Shown here: one piece after another, positions 63,082-64,000 of the stretch
Numbering within the stretch: the first letter of the stretch is position 1
Layout: each line of letters begins with the position of its first letter
Source of the DNA: Ramazzottius varieornatus
Lineage: Eukaryota > Animalia > Tardigrada
Direction: 5' to 3'
NCBI GenBank assembly: GCA_001949185.1
Contig: BDGG01000014.1
Location: 62,001-126,000, forward strand
DNA length: 64,000 nucleotides
Notes under the pieces: model-generated
What the model was told of the DNA's origin: nothing
Databases searched by the model: none
The model's input: the letters and a program-made list of their open reading frames with translations, nothing else
Made by a program: the position numbers and the translations under genes

Positions 63082-63654
63082 GAAGTGTGCGGGAAATTGT
63101 TTCTTGACTGCCTTACAAGCCAAAAGGACCACGGAAAAAAGTCTTCTAGAAAGAAGACAAGGGTTTCGACAAAAGATTGGCAGCTGTTTTACAAGCAGCG
63201 TTTGTTGCGTGTCTTTCACCACTTTGTGCCCCAATTAACTGACTGATATGTCCGACTAGAAAAATACTACTTTTTACCACTGTTTGTGCATCTAGAACTT
63301 TTCGTCTAAACTTTTATCTGTTTTATCGGCGTTTTCATCTTTAACTTTTCTCTCACTTTTTTTCCCGAGTTGTTGGTTTTATGCATTAATCTTTCAGTCA
63401 TTCTGACGTTGGTCACTAACTTTTGCGTTCTTTTATCTGCCTCTGTTTTTTTCTCTCCTGCCTGTATGGGGTTTTTTGGTGTTTCTAATTATGATTCATG
63501 TGCGTTTGAAGCCTTCGAGCTTCTCTCCGTTTGATCCTTCTGATTCATTTTGTACTAATCCCATATTTGGCTAGCGGTAAACACGTGTTTTACGTGTCTA
63601 CGGAGTTGTCAGTTCCTCTAACCTTCGCGTACGTCCGTACCGCTTGTACGTATG

Positions 63655-63992
63655 CAGAAATTAACACCTTGAGCACGGGGCGGGAAACTCACTTTCCCGG
63701 CGCACACTCATTTGTGCGTAGCGAGTTTCCAGTTTACCTTTTGCTCCACGTTTTTTTCCGTTTGCCCGGACAATCAACTCTTCTTGAAACTAAAACTAGC
63801 GGCTACTGCACGCTGGCTCTGCAAACCTGTGTGGAATTTTTTCCTTTCGCAACGGGATTTCGGCGTAGCCAGCAAATTACTTTCCAGCCAGGCTCTCAGT
63901 TAGTCCAGAGTTACCGAAATGTTGCGCGAGCCCAAACATTTTGGTATCTTGCGACAGTTTCAGATTCGTGGAAAGATCTGCTCAGTGGTCAT
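63655..63992 (+). repeat. Dispersed repeat, diverged copy of 4500-4838
   Basis: Colinear similarity over ~330 bp, running to the window end. Confidence 0.85.
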
Positions 63993-64000
63993 TAAAAAAA

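Noticed and set aside
63531-63995. 154-aa ORF at the window end
   Set aside because: It lies in the dispersed repeat and the other copy has a stop and a frameshift

Overview
This is eukaryotic DNA from a gene-dense invertebrate genome with mostly 50-90 bp introns. A tardigrade-like compact genome is my inference, not a demonstrated fact. Recognisable genes are a degraded gustatory receptor, an ENTPD5/6-type NTPDase, a small secreted prohormone-like ORF, an intronless aminergic-type GPCR, WDR35/IFT121, a 2-TM nucleotide cyclase lacking its catalytic Asp residues, a miniaturised NCOA6, DCAF11/WDR23, a GILK/RVxF-motif protein, a BTB-BACK pseudogene, a CUB-trypsin protease, COX6B and an integrin beta. 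The first ~22 kb is rich in transposons: a decayed DIRS/Ngaro tyrosine-recombinase element, a CR1-group LINE (second truncated copy at 46-47 kb), a CRE-type RLE retrotransposon split by a piggyBac-like element, and several MITEs. The most striking unexplained structure is a family of ~110-200 bp palindromic, hairpin-modular elements found about ten times, each in an inferred intron of six unrelated genes. Exon coordinates were deduced by hand from splice signals and reading frames; no database search was run.
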